Shown: piece after piece, positions 37,501 to 49,556 of the stretch | How the letters are laid out: each line of letters begins with the position of its first letter | Position numbering within the stretch: the stretch's first letter is position 1 | Assembly: GCA_000708835.1 (NCBI GenBank) | Contig: DF237013.1 | Coordinates: 187,561-251,560 of the forward strand | Direction: 5' to 3' | DNA from: Klebsormidium nitens | Lineage: Eukaryota; Plantae; Klebsormidiophyceae | DNA length: 64,000 nt | Notes under the pieces: model-generated | Databases searched by the model: none | What the model was told of the DNA's origin: nothing | The model's input: the letters and a program-made list of their open reading frames with translations, nothing else | Made by a program: the position numbers and the translations under genes

Positions 37501-40500
37501 TTTTTTGCTGGTTTTTTCTGGTATGGAAGGAGCCGAAGCTAAGTCGGGAGCGCTTACTGGTTGGATATCGCCAAAGCCGAGGCGGAATCCTTACGGTTGT
37601 TCTATCGACGCTCCGTGTCGTGTTCTATCGACGCTCCTTGTCTGAGTATCTTTATTCTAATGATCCAGAAGCGGACGTACTTCGATAAGACGCATCACAG
37701 GTGGGAAACTTTGGAAGCAGATGAGCCTGATTTGAGTTACTGGTGTCTTCATCTTGAGCGAACATTGACAGCCGAAAGATCAATGCCTTGGAAGGCAATG
37801 TGCGTGGTGAAATGGAGGATCCCGGTTCGCGCTCTCTTTCCTCAAAACGAAGTCGGACGTTCGGGTGCAGGAAGTCAAGAGGTGCCGCGATCTTTGTACT
37901 TCCTGGTGCTTGTCTTTTTTCTTGCGAGAAGCGAACTCAAAAAATCGTGGACTGATTAGGCGTAGGTTAGAGTCGTCTATCGTTTCTTTAATAAGTATGC
38001 TAGGCTGTTCTGACGCCGTCCACTCTCTTCGTTAAGGTCTGCTTTTCGGAACCTGTCTGGGCAGTGGCCGTGACGGGAGGTTGCCTACATTCCCTCGTGC
38101 CCGTCCCGCCTCCCAATCTGCTCTTCACTTTTGCCCTTTTCTTTCTTGTTTTCAAGCACATGAGTTTTGCATCTGAGAGCCGGTGATTGATGACGTGGCA
38201 GCTTTACGTTTGCTCAGCTTATGTGATCGTACTTCACAATGACAATGATTTGTACCTTGAAAGTATTCGTGCTGGCTTGTTTGAAGTCCCAATATAAGCG
38301 GCCGTGAAGTCGCCTCTCGCTTCCCTTGCCATTCTAGGGAAGGGTCAGGACTAGCGCGTGCTGATACCTCGTGTAATCTCCGGTCAGGAAGTTTCCGGCA
38401 TTCCTTAGTAACTGGGGACTTTCGTAAGGCGACACTTGGTTTCCCGGATCGTCCCTATACTTCGAGTTCAAAACCAAACCTCTCAAGACACTCACTCCCA
38501 CCTTCTACCACGCTGACCAGACGCCTTTCACATAAAGTCCGCCACTTATTTTCATTCCATCCTTCATGCTTTGGATGCTTTGACCTGCAATGCAGGGACG
38601 CTTGCAGTGCTAGCAGATCCTTCGGCCTCGAAGCAAGGAAATTCTTTCCTGCTATTGCCTTCGTGTTTGGATTGTTGGCGAATCACTTTGGACGCTGTAC
38701 TTCGACCCAGGTTGTGGTCTCGCTAGATGTTGCAGAATCGGAAGTGCTCATGTCATCCAAGTTGTAGAAGACTGTATTATGGCACGTCTGTTGGGTTCCT
38801 TTTTGTTTGACGACGGTCGGCCACCGTCGCAAGTCGCTTGCGCTTTCTCTTCCATGAAGAATCTACCTCAGTCATTCTGATGCCTTAAGTAGGTTTTACC
38901 CTTGATAAGTGGGAAAGGCGAAACGACGACAACATAAGCGCGAGTTTGGAAGTCCGCGCAGGAGGCTCGCCATCAGCCATTGTTTTGGTCGCTCTTTTCG
39001 CGTCTTTATTTGAATCTCTTGCGCGGCTGGTTGCGAGAGGACCAGCGGCTCAAAGCTCAAAGCGAATTGCGTAAAGCAGGTGCTGCTGAATGGAAAAAGC
39101 ACGTTGCACCGCTTCCGAAGTTGTTCACATAGGCTTCAAAGCGACATGTGTTAATGTTACGCAATCCCGCTTAGTGATTATGCCACCGGGCAAGTTCAAG
39201 ATTTTCAGCAGCCAATTGGAATGTTAGTTTGCTTTGTTGCGACCTGAGTACTCACCTTTAGCTTATTTTTGTACGAGCCCAAAGCGGGGTCGGTAAATGG
39301 ACTCGGTCCCAAGAGATGTGCATCTCGGGGTATGTCCAAGTCACAAGCCCTGACCATGCGCATAGCATCAACTCTGGAGACATTTTGCGGAAGCTCTGTC
39401 TTGTTTGTATTGTGGGTTGCACGCTCCTGTGCCAAGGTTTGGGTCTCTTTGTTGATTAGGAGTGGGATCTGTGGCGTTTACAGTCTGCTTCAACCGCTGT
39501 AGCAAACGCTTATTGTTTGCTGTGGAAACTTCGAAAAGAGTGCTGCGACTCGAGAGCAGTCGGCCATGATAACGCTGCCAATGAGGGACTCCGCCCCTGT
39601 CAGTAGTCAGCTTTCTTGCCTGATGCCCTCAAGACCATTGCACGATAATGAGCAGGGTTCCGTCGTTTCTGCCTGGAGTTTTCTGAATTCCTCATTATCC
39701 GCTAATACGCCCAGCTTTTGTTGTTGCTTCAAAAGTACTTGACTTGCAGCCATGATATAGAAGCACGGAAACGAGCACGTTCGCTCATTTCTGTTTTGGT
39801 CTAAATTGATGCTGGCAACTTTTTTCATTTCTCGAAGGATCTTTGTTGGATGCTTAGATGGTCCTCTCTCATCTTCTCATGTCGCCGGAACCGAGATGCG
39901 GCATTATTCTTTCGGACGGCTTCCAAGCGTCCCTTTTCTTTCTTATTGTCACCATCGCGATTCAGTTGTCCGGCTTAATTGCCCCTCTCCCCTTCCTGCA
40001 TTCACACCTGTTGTCCCCTTTCTTCCAGGATCGTCGAGTACCTCGCTGTCCGGAAGCTCAAGAACGACGCCAGGGGTCCCGTCCTCTGCTTCGTGGGCCC
40101 CCCCGGAGTGGGCAAAACCAGCCTCGCGAGCTCCATCGCCACTGCGCTAGACCGCAAGTTCATCCGCGTATCCCTTGGGGGGGTCCGGGATGAAGCCGAC
40201 ATTCGGGGGCACCGACGGACGTACATCGGAAGCATGCCGGGCCGGATCATCGAGGGGATCAAAGTAGGGCGTCAGCCTTTTCCGTTCCTTCTTGTCTCTT
40301 CGCTTGTGCTTCTGGTCTGAAATTGCCGGATTGCTGTGCTTTGCGAGCTGGCAGGCAGAGAGCAACTCGCGTTCGTCTTCTCGTCCCAAGTCATGTCTGG
40401 TGGCCTTTTCAAATCTAAGAGTATCCTGCTTCCGGCAGAGGGCGCCGTGAATCACCCGGTAATTTTCTTGAACGAGATCGACCGAGACGGGGCAATCGAG

Positions 40501-43500
40501 GACTTTCCAACCAGAGGCAATATCTACAACCCTCCATTGAAACCTTAAGAACGCCTGATCTAAAGATTGCCTTACTTTCCAGAGGGCGGGTGTGAACAAC
40601 CCGGTCATCCCTCCTTGCCAAGATCGACAGAACGGGGCAGTCAAGACTTTCTCTAACCTTCTCTAAGCGGATGTGCCAGCGCTTTCCACAGTCCTACAAC
40701 TTTCTACGAAGACTGAACATCCCTTCAGATTCAATAGTGCTTATGTCTTTTAAGAGGCCGGTGTAAAGAGTCCAAGCATTTTACTCGACAAGATCGACAG
40801 ACGGGGCAAAGGTAGCTTCTTGTAGGTACTTCAAATCGGGTGTGCCAGCGCCTTTTACAGTCCTTCGACTCCTACGGATCCTCAGAATGTCGCCGATTCT
40901 TAGCCATAAGCGTGTTTTGCTTTTTGTCAGAGGGCGGGCGTGAACAACCCGGTCATCTTACTGGACGAGATCGACAAGACGGGCCACGACGTGCGGGGAG
41001 ACCCTGGCGCCGCGTTACTGGAGGTCCTCGACCCGGAGCAAAACACGTCGTTTGTGGACCACTATTTGACCATCCCGTTCGACCTGTCGAACGTCGTTTG
41101 GGTGGCCACCGCCAACCGCGTGGCGCCAATCCAGCCGCCGCTGCTGGACAGGTGAGCCGACGGCATTGTCCCAGACTTGGTATGATCCCTGCTTTTGTCT
41201 TCGCGTTCAGTAGACTTGTTTTCAACTGAACAGGACCTCAGCCCACGCAATCGCTCCTGGCTTCTCGCATGACAAAAAAGAGTTCGAGTACGCACCCCTC
41301 GAGCCCGACCTTTTGAATTGCTCAATAACACTGGATCCATTTGTTATGTTTTCAGGATGGAGTTGATTGAGTTACCAGGGTACACTCCGGAGGAGAAGCA
41401 GCACATCGCCACGCGGCACCTCATTCCCCGCCAGCTGGAGGAACACGGGATGAACAAGCACCAGCTCAAAATACCCGATGTGAGGCACAACTCACCTTTC
41501 TGTTTTGCTTCCTTCCTCTCTTCTCTTCTTCCTTGTTCACCCCCTCTTTTGTTCTCCTCGGTTCTTTCGATTGCTGTACGCTCGGGCTGTCAGGCGCCAC
41601 CGTCCCTCCATGAAACTCCGAAGACCATCGTTTCAGCTTCAGTCTGCCTCGTCTTTCTCCGCTGATGTCACCCTCCTACCGCGCCATGGCCACGTCAATC
41701 CTGGGTTAAAAACTTGGTCACGTTACATACTTTAAGATTTGCTGTGAGCTGAGCTGGACTGTCGCAGCATGGCAGAGATAATCTTGTGGCATGTGCCAGT
41801 CCATCTGCCCACAGCCATACGCTTCCTGACAAGTCTCCTTAAAAGTTAAAAGAGAGCAGGAACGGGACAACAAAGAATTGCATAAGAGACACGAGTATTA
41901 CCCTGGAAGGCCTTTTAGCGACTTCGTGAAAATGCTGTCAGCGCTTCTTGTCGCGGAGATGGTACTAGCGGTTCCTTTGGATAGGGTCGGCAAGCGAGTC
42001 AACTCAGCTTTCCTACCAGAAATGAAACCAGCTTTTTCGGTCTTCATTCGCTTGGATAAATCGACCGGTTTGAAAAGGGGTGCATCAAGCCGTGTTTCTG
42101 ATGATCAAACGGTCGTCCTTCTTTGCAGGACATGGTCGCATTCGTGATCCAAAAGTACACCCGCGAGGCGGGCGTCCGAAACCTGTCGAAACAGCTGGCG
42201 GCGCTCTGTCGATCTGCGGCGGTCGAGGTGAGCTCGGTCGGTTGAAGTGGACTTTTTTGCATTGCTGTGCAACGTCAATTTCAGGATATTCTTACCGGTA
42301 GGAGCGACCGGCCCCTTTTTTGCACGCAAAATTTCGTTGGCTTTCTATTCGCTAGGCGTAATTGCCTCCTCCTTAACACTCGAAAGCGTTGATAAATGTC
42401 TGACTAAAGAAGTCACCGCCCCCTTATCTGCACGTGGAAACGAGGGTTCGACAGCCGCACGCAATGCACGCAAGCCGCACGCAATGCACGCAATCCATCC
42501 AGGTGCTCTCTCTTTGCAATTTTCCAAGTATTTAGACGTTGTGTTAACTCGGACGCCTGTGGCGAGACGATTCTGGACAATCTCTTGCGTCTTTGGACAC
42601 GGGGCCCCTGTCCATTGGAAACCGGTAACGTAAGTTTTGCTCAAACTTCATCGTATGCCTGCTACATCACATGTGGTTTTGCTCAATAGGTTTTGATCAT
42701 ATAAACACAACATCATGTTTGTCATAAATGTATGTGTATGTTTCATTCCAGGTGGCGAAGCACCAGTCGGAGGTGGCTGTGCAGAGCAAGGCGCTGAATT
42801 CGCCGATGGGCGCCATTGCGTCAATGGGCGACCAATTAGAGGTCGAGATGGAACTAGAGGCGGACGTTTCCGGGGCAACACATGCGCGCGCGCGCCGGTG
42901 GGAGACGATCCAGGTTGACGAGGAACTAGTGGAGCGAGTTTTGGGGGTGAGTGCCTCGGAACGGGTTACACACCGTCTACTGCTTTTGAGAGCACGGTCT
43001 GGGCTGAGTATGAAGCGAGAATTTGTGTGGAGTAGGTTCGAAATTCCGTGGCCAGTGCAGAGTCCGTCAACCTGACATCTGCATCGCTGAGTCGAACCAC
43101 ACAGATTCTGCTCCAGACTGTCCCTTTACCTGGAGCGTCTTGTGACCGCCCCATCGTACGATGGTCTTGAACCATTCTAAACGCAGTCCTAAAGCAGTGT
43201 TTCGTATCAAATCGACCAGCCTAAGAACAAACTTCTTCCCCGTCCCCTCATTTCAGCCGCCGCGCTTCGATGGCAAGGAGGCCTCGGAGCGGGTCGCCAC
43301 TCCGGGGGTGGTAATGGGCCTGGTGTGGACTGCGGTCGGGGGGGAGGTCCAGTTCGTGGAGGCGACCGCGATGGCCGGCAAGGGCGAGCTGCACCTCACG
43401 GGGCAGCTGGGTGACGTCATCAAGGAGTCGGCGCAGATTGCGCTGACCTGGGTGAGTCTGAGTTCGGCAGCGTAAATTGTCTGAAAGATTTGGTTTCGCT

Positions 43501-45898
43501 TGCCAGTCGATCCGGAGGATTGGCTTTGTTGAAGCGATGTTTACTGGTAGCCGTTAAATATTTCGCTTTGGAAGATGCAATGTCAACTTGACAGGGCTAT
43601 GAGTCCCGGTTTGCTTGCGGTTTTGTCGATTCGGAGCAGGATGCAAGGACGTTTGCAACTTTTGCGTGTAGCAAGGTTTCCTGGAAAATGACGATGTCAC
43701 GTCCTCGTGGGCCACTTCAGGAAAGTAGGAAGTAAGTTGGGCTGATCAGGCCATGTGCATCATGGCATGTAGTATTGCACAGCGTTATTGGTCAAAAGTG
43801 ATTTCCCCCGTGACCGGTTTAGAACCAAGCTCCGCAGCTCCTGTCTCATTCGAAATTTGTATGTGCGGTTTGGTTTCTGTGATCCACAAGCGACGGGCCT
43901 GAAGAATCGATAGTCCATTCGTAAAAAAGTTGGACATGCTATTGCCATAGAATTTTGCGGTTGTCGCGACCTGCAACGTCGCCGATCTGCCCATATGCGA
44001 CAAAATCCACGTCTGGATAAGCTGTAAGATAGCTTCTCGGCAACCGAAATTCTATGAGTTTATCCTGTTCTGAAGCAAAAGCACCGTGCCTTTGTTCGCA
44101 GGTGCGTGCGCGCGCGCAAGAGTTGAACCTGCACGGCAAGCGCGCGGACGGCAGTCTGGTGGAGGGCCTGGACGTCCACATTCACTTCCCCGCAGGGGCA
44201 GTGCCCAAGGACGGGCCCAGTGCCGGGGTTACGATGGCGACAGCGCTAGTCTCGTTGCTTAGGTAAGGGTCGTGTGAGGGTCACCCAAAGCATGCCACTT
44301 GTGGTGGGACCGTTAAGCATAGTGCTAAGGAACGAGTCGCCGCAAGTGTCCCTGTTATTTTGGCGACAGCGCTCGTCTCTGCACTTAGATGAGAGTCAAA
44401 TCTGAGTGTGTCTGAAATGATCGGCGGCCACGTTCTATTGAGACCCTGTGAGGGTCGCCACTAGTGTACCCAATGGACCCGTTTGATTGCGATGTCAAAC
44501 AATCTGCTTGGCTCTGAGGAAATGGAAAGCAATGCCTTCCGGATATGAAAACGGACCTTGATGGCTCTTCAAAGAAGAAGCCTCCAGTTTGTTGTGGTCA
44601 CAAATGTGTTTGAAGGTCAACTAATGGGTCAGGGAATATGCTGTTTGGTTTGTGTCACGGCTGCTTGTAAGCAAGGCCCAACGTTTTATTGTTCTCGTTG
44701 CGTCCTCAACCGTGTCACATTTCATTATTACTGAGTCGCGTCCAGGGAAGCCAGTCCAGCTTGGAGTCGACGGCTAGCCAATGCTCCTTAGAAAGTGGAA
44801 GCTGCGAGACAGCCTTGTTTCTCAGGAAACGTCTCACGGGCGTCCTTTCGTATGGAGAACGCAAGTGTTTAGCACAAGTACAGGGAGATGTCGAGAAGAA
44901 GGCAGCGAGCAGAAGCATCCAGATGGCGTTCGAAAATATCGGGAACGTCAAAGCAGCAGGCCCCCGACGCCGTTTCTGCGGCGGACGTGTTGCAGCGGAG
45001 CCGCAGACACGCTGAAGCAGAAGCGCCTCTATCGGCTACAAACTTAGAGCGCTTCAAAGGCTCCTTCGACTTGTCTTTGCAGCGGGCGTTGCCTGCGGGC
45101 CGACACGGCCATGACCGGCGAGGTGACGCTGCGAGGGCTGGTGCTCCCGGTTGGGGGGGTAAAAGACAAGGTGCTGGCAGCCCACCGGATGGGGGTGAAG
45201 CGGGTAATCCTTCCGGAGCGGAACGTGAAGGACCTGAAGGAGGTGCCCGAGAACGTGTTGAAGGAATTGGAGGTGAGGACGGCAGTGTGAATAAGAGTAA
45301 CGAAAATGGATGAAGCTTTGAAAATGGGAAAGGGTGCAGAGCGGACCAATCAGATTATTCTTTCTGTCGTGGTGTTCTGGTGGCGGCAGCTTGCCAGAAC
45401 GACTCTCCTCTAATGCTCAGCTACCGAATGGTTTTCACAGTCCAGGGGCTGAACACAGCCGTATGAACGCAGCACGTATGGCCTGAACAGAACCCGGTTA
45501 TTACCTTCCAATGGCGTGATTCTTGACAATGATCATCAAGCTCGTAGCCTTACTCTTCCAAAAAGCCTGTGTGGAGACTCCTGTTGGCTGACCAGGATTG
45601 AGTCGTTTGAATACATCACCCACCAAAACCCTCCCTTTATTTGCGGCCTACTATAAGTGGTTCGGGTTGTTTGGGGCCCCTTAGCTTCTTAGAGACGTCG
45701 GGCTTGAAGATTTCGCGGAAGTTTGGGACTGCTTGTCTAACAAAAACACGTCGTAAGGCTCGATACGTGGGCAGGCCGAGTGCCATCGCAGTGATACTTC
45801 TTTGATTTTCGTAGATCTGCCCGGCACTTCGCATGGAGGACGTTTTGACGCACGCATTTGAAGGTGGGTATAGTCTGAGCCCCACAAGTAGGTTGTAG
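31524..45898 (+). CDS. LON2: Lon protease homolog 2, peroxisomal (16 exons, about 897 aa)
   Basis: Exons 31524-31639, 32776-32989, 33801-33996, 34574-34665, 35425-35601, 36185-36382, 37273-37469, 40029-40263, 40931-41151, 41356-41479, 42129-42227, 42752-42946, 43257-43451, 44102-44262, 45083-45272, 45815-45898 (2694 nt). LON N-domain ([18 protein letters not shown]), Walker A GPPGVGKT, Walker B ILLDEIDK, catalytic PKDGPSAG (Ser) and VGGVKDK (Lys), C-terminal PTS1 -SRL*. Confidence 0.97.
36345..37320 (+). repeat. Echo copies of both flanking exon ends in LON2 intron 6
   Basis: A copy of the exon 6 end with an intact CAG|GT lies at 36530 (real donor 36382, offset 148). Three progressively decayed copies of the exon 7 start (aagcacgtgaagcgcgagctgaagcggctgaagaacatgcagccc) lie at 37125, 37016 and 36860 (real start 37273). 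Confidence 0.88.
40430..40990 (+). repeat. Three echo copies of the LON2 exon 9 acceptor and start in intron 8
   Basis: ag|agggcgggcgtgaacaacccggtcatcttactggacgagatcgacaagacggg (real, 40931) recurs in degenerate form at 40439, 40583 and 40755 (offsets 144, 172, 176). Confidence 0.9.
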
Positions 45899-47733
45899 GA
45901 GAATGCAACTTTGAATGATCAAGTAAACTAAGTTGAAACGTGGTCACATGTAGGAGAGACCACATCCAATACGGAGACATACTGTAGATTTTAGACGGCA
46001 GAGAGAAGGTAAGGTCATTGCAAAACTGAGGGTCTCTTCGAACCCAAAAAAAGTACATTGTGCGGTCCTCCGTTCCATGTTACTGGGTAGATTGATTAGA
46101 AATGAAAGGTTCATGTGGTCAATGAACACATCACCGCCTTACGTGTTTACGTCTCAAACATAACATGGTTGACGGCCCAACATCCATGTCTTTAATTACC
46201 TTTAGACAATGATCCAATCAATCTGAACTACCGGTATGCAGTCAGGATGGATTGCAACGAGTTCAACTCGCCGCTGCACCTCGCTTCTTCGTGGACAACA
46301 GAGACAATGTGCATCTTAGAGGACCGGAAAAAATCGACTATGCATTGAGATGATATGCAAAAATAGATCGTACTGTGTCCATCCGGCGGCCGTCGACTAA
46401 TCGAGGTACAACGAAGACGACATTGAATTGGATCATGAGGTAGCTACCGCGTGCCTTTGCTCCTTAATTGCAAAATGATTGCTTGTAAAATTGAATGCTG
46501 TCATTGCTGTGTCACCTAGCTCCGAGTCCGCGTCTGGCCGTCCGATGACAATATGAACGGACAAAGCCAACAGACAAAGCCAACAGAGAGGAATCATGCA
46601 ATATATAAGACCATGATGCAAAATTCTTTCTGTCTCTCGTATTGCGACGGGACATGAGAGAACCGTTCCAGACCTCATGTCCTCAAGCAACAAGAGGGAA
46701 AAGCATGAATAAGGGCCATTGATTGATTGAATTAAGCCATTCTTGTGACGTGCAAAGCATCTTTTCTCGGCTATTGAATTGCTCCATCCAATATGCAGAA
46801 GGATGATTAAGTTTGCATCCGACTATTGAATGCACGACATGTTCTGTTGAACAAAACTTCAGAGCTTGACGATACTAATACTTGGCCTTCTTCGAGCTCT
46901 TCTTATCACATGTAGCTTGTAAATGTCCATGTTATATGCATCTATGGTAAGTCTCTAGCGTCTAGTATCCTCGGCCGGGTTGACCTATGCTCAGCCATCG
47001 AGACAGATCTCGTGACTACCTGCAACCTACTGCCAATAAAGGAGCCTGTTTCTGCTTCGTTTGGATCTGGACCGGGCAGCTGTAGGCTCAGGGGCGCTTT
47101 CCGCTTTCCGTACGTCGCCATAAAACCTACCGTGATGTTAGGTATAGTTGTTGAGGGCCGCCGGGCCAGCGTCGCACTGGCACCCGGCCAACTAGCTGTC
47201 GAAAATAGGCCGGTAGGATTGTCGTAGATAGGTAGGTCTCAATTTCATAGGGCATGTTGGCGAAGAGAGCACTCGCGGGACGGGGACTCGAGGGTTTGTT
47301 TGGGGGTAAGGGTGGAGACGAGTGCGGAGCCTGTGTCATCACACGGATTCTGAATTCACCTTTGGCCCTGAGTTTGTTCTTGCCCTCCGAGCACTGTCTC
47401 TTGATTCGGAATGATGCGCTTTGTCAACATGACTTCGTAAATTCGACAAGTAAATTGGTACTATGGTAGTAGCCGGCAGGCACCGGCGGTGCAACGCTGT
47501 CCCATATTGGCTCGCCTCTTCCTCTTAGGAAGAGAGGAACCATAGGGATCGGCGTTTCGGCCACTGTACGACGCCGCGGGGCGGGCCTTGCCGTTCGACC
47601 TGCTTGGGTTGGCTGTGTTCGACGATAAAACGTACAGTCTGGGTCTCTATATTTGACCATATAACGGTGCGAGATTTTCCCTGCGCGGGCGGCGCAGTCA
47701 ACGCTTAAGAATCGAACATTTTGGTCCAAACGC

Positions 47734-48673
47734 NNNNNNNNNNNNNNNNNNNNNNNNNNNNNNNNNNNNNNNNNNNNNNNNNNNNNNNNNNNNNNNNNNN
47801 NNNNNNNNNNNNNNNNNNNNNNNNNNNNNNNNNNNNNNNNNNNNNNNNNNNNNNNNNNNNNNNNNNNNNNNNNNNNNNNNNNNNNNNNNNNNNNNNNNNN
47901 NNNNNNNNNNNNNNNNNNNNNNNNNNNNNNNNNNNNNNNNNNNNNNNNNNNNNNNNNNNNNNNNNNNNNNNNNNNNNNNNNNNNNNNNNNNNNNNNNNNN
48001 NNNNNNNNNNNNNNNNNNNNNNNNNNNNNNNNNNNNNNNNNNNNNNNNNNNNNNNNNNNNNNNNNNNNNNNNNNNNNNNNNNNNNNNNNNNNNNNNNNNN
48101 NNNNNNNNNNNNNNNNNNNNNNNNNNNNNNNNNNNNNNNNNNNNNNNNNNNNNNNNNNNNNNNNNNNNNNNNNNNNNNNNNNNNNNNNNNNNNNNNNNNN
48201 NNNNNNNNNNNNNNNNNNNNNNNNNNNNNNNNNNNNNNNNNNNNNNNNNNNNNNNNNNNNNNNNNNNNNNNNNNNNNNNNNNNNNNNNNNNNNNNNNNNN
48301 NNNNNNNNNNNNNNNNNNNNNNNNNNNNNNNNNNNNNNNNNNNNNNNNNNNNNNNNNNNNNNNNNNNNNNNNNNNNNNNNNNNNNNNNNNNNNNNNNNNN
48401 NNNNNNNNNNNNNNNNNNNNNNNNNNNNNNNNNNNNNNNNNNNNNNNNNNNNNNNNNNNNNNNNNNNNNNNNNNNNNNNNNNNNNNNNNNNNNNNNNNNN
48501 NNNNNNNNNNNNNNNNNNNNNNNNNNNNNNNNNNNNNNNNNNNNNNNNNNNNNNNNNNNNNNNNNNNNNNNNNNNNNNNNNNNNNNNNNNNNNNNNNNNN
48601 NNNNNNNNNNNNNNNNNNNNNNNNNNNNNNNNNNNNNNNNNNNNNNNNNNNNNNNNNNNNNNNNNNNNNNNNN
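47734..48673. other. Assembly gap (940 N)
   Basis: Run of N. The X-containing ORFs across it are artefacts. Confidence 1.
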
Positions 48674-48759
48674 TAATCGAAGTTGCTTCCGTCATGTCCT
48701 ACGTACTACCGGTACGTACCTAGTACAAAGGTACCGTAGTCTTGCCGTACGGTCCCGAG

Positions 48760-49270
48760 CAGTGTTTCCCCTGCCGGCCCACTCTCTGGTAAAATGGCCG
48801 GCAATGGTCGAACTGGGCCGGCAATGGGGGCCGGCCTCCGGCCCATCCGGCCGGCATTGCGGCGCACGGGCCGGCCTCTTGGGCCGGCAATGAAAGCTCA
48901 CAGCTGGCTCTGTTGCATCGTATCTAGTGTGATAAACGGTCAGGATTTGATAAAATCCTAAGTTTTGGTACCCAGAAAATCCTCCCCCGGGAACTTTTGG
49001 CCAAATTTAGCCCGAAGCTGACCCCTCGGTAGGTCAGGAAGGAAGTTGGTCGATATTTCACATGCGAAAAAGCTAGAGACTTATGAAAGACTAGGAAACT
49101 GGAGCAGATATTGTAAAATTTCAAATTTATGGGGTGCGCGCGCGAAAATTCCATATAATTTGGCGGGACTTGGGCCGGCAATGGCGACCTCGGCCCGGCC
49201 CAACGGGCCGGCAAACTCAGGCCCCGGCCGGCCCGGCGGCCAGCAATCAAAATAATTAGGGGAAACACTG
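48760..49270. mobile_element. Non-autonomous hAT MITE, 511 bp
   Basis: Perfect 12-bp TIR CAGTGTTTCCCC / GGGGAAACACTG. Perfect 8-bp TSD GTCCCGAG at 48752-48759 and 49271-49278. Subterminal GGGCCGGCAA(TG) repeats at both ends. Confidence 0.92.
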
Positions 49271-49295
49271 GTCCCGAGTGCCACACGTAAGTCTA

Positions 49296-49556
49296 CCGTA
49301 GAGACAATCCTAATTCGCACCACCTGGGTGCGAATGTTTATTTTTGAAAGTTTTTTCATTTCGCGGCAGCTTCGACGATTGTATTAAAATTTTCGTTTTT
49401 GCTTATTTCTGGCGTTTTTGCCCTGGTTTTTGCGACTTTTTGGGCTGCCAGGGAATTTACTTTACTTTCGCATTTTCGCACCTAAGTCGAAACTTAGTTT
49501 TTTATTTCTCGCAAGGCCTAAAATTAATTTAGTGCGAATTAGGAATGTCTCTACGG
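49296..49556. mobile_element. Tc1/mariner-superfamily MITE (CCGTA termini, Tc2/pogo-like), 261 bp
   Basis: 25-bp TIR CCGTAGAGACA(A/T)TCCTAATTCGCAC at 49296-49320 and 49532-49556 (1 mismatch), flanked by TA on both sides. AT-rich non-coding interior. Confidence 0.8.

Noticed and set aside
36860-40990. Regularly spaced repeats as a CRISPR array
   Set aside because: Eukaryotic context, no cas genes, and the repeats are degenerate copies of exon sequence rather than palindromic direct repeats with unique spacers.
47424-48893. ORFs of 423 and 390 aa containing X
   Set aside because: Artefacts of reading through the N gap.
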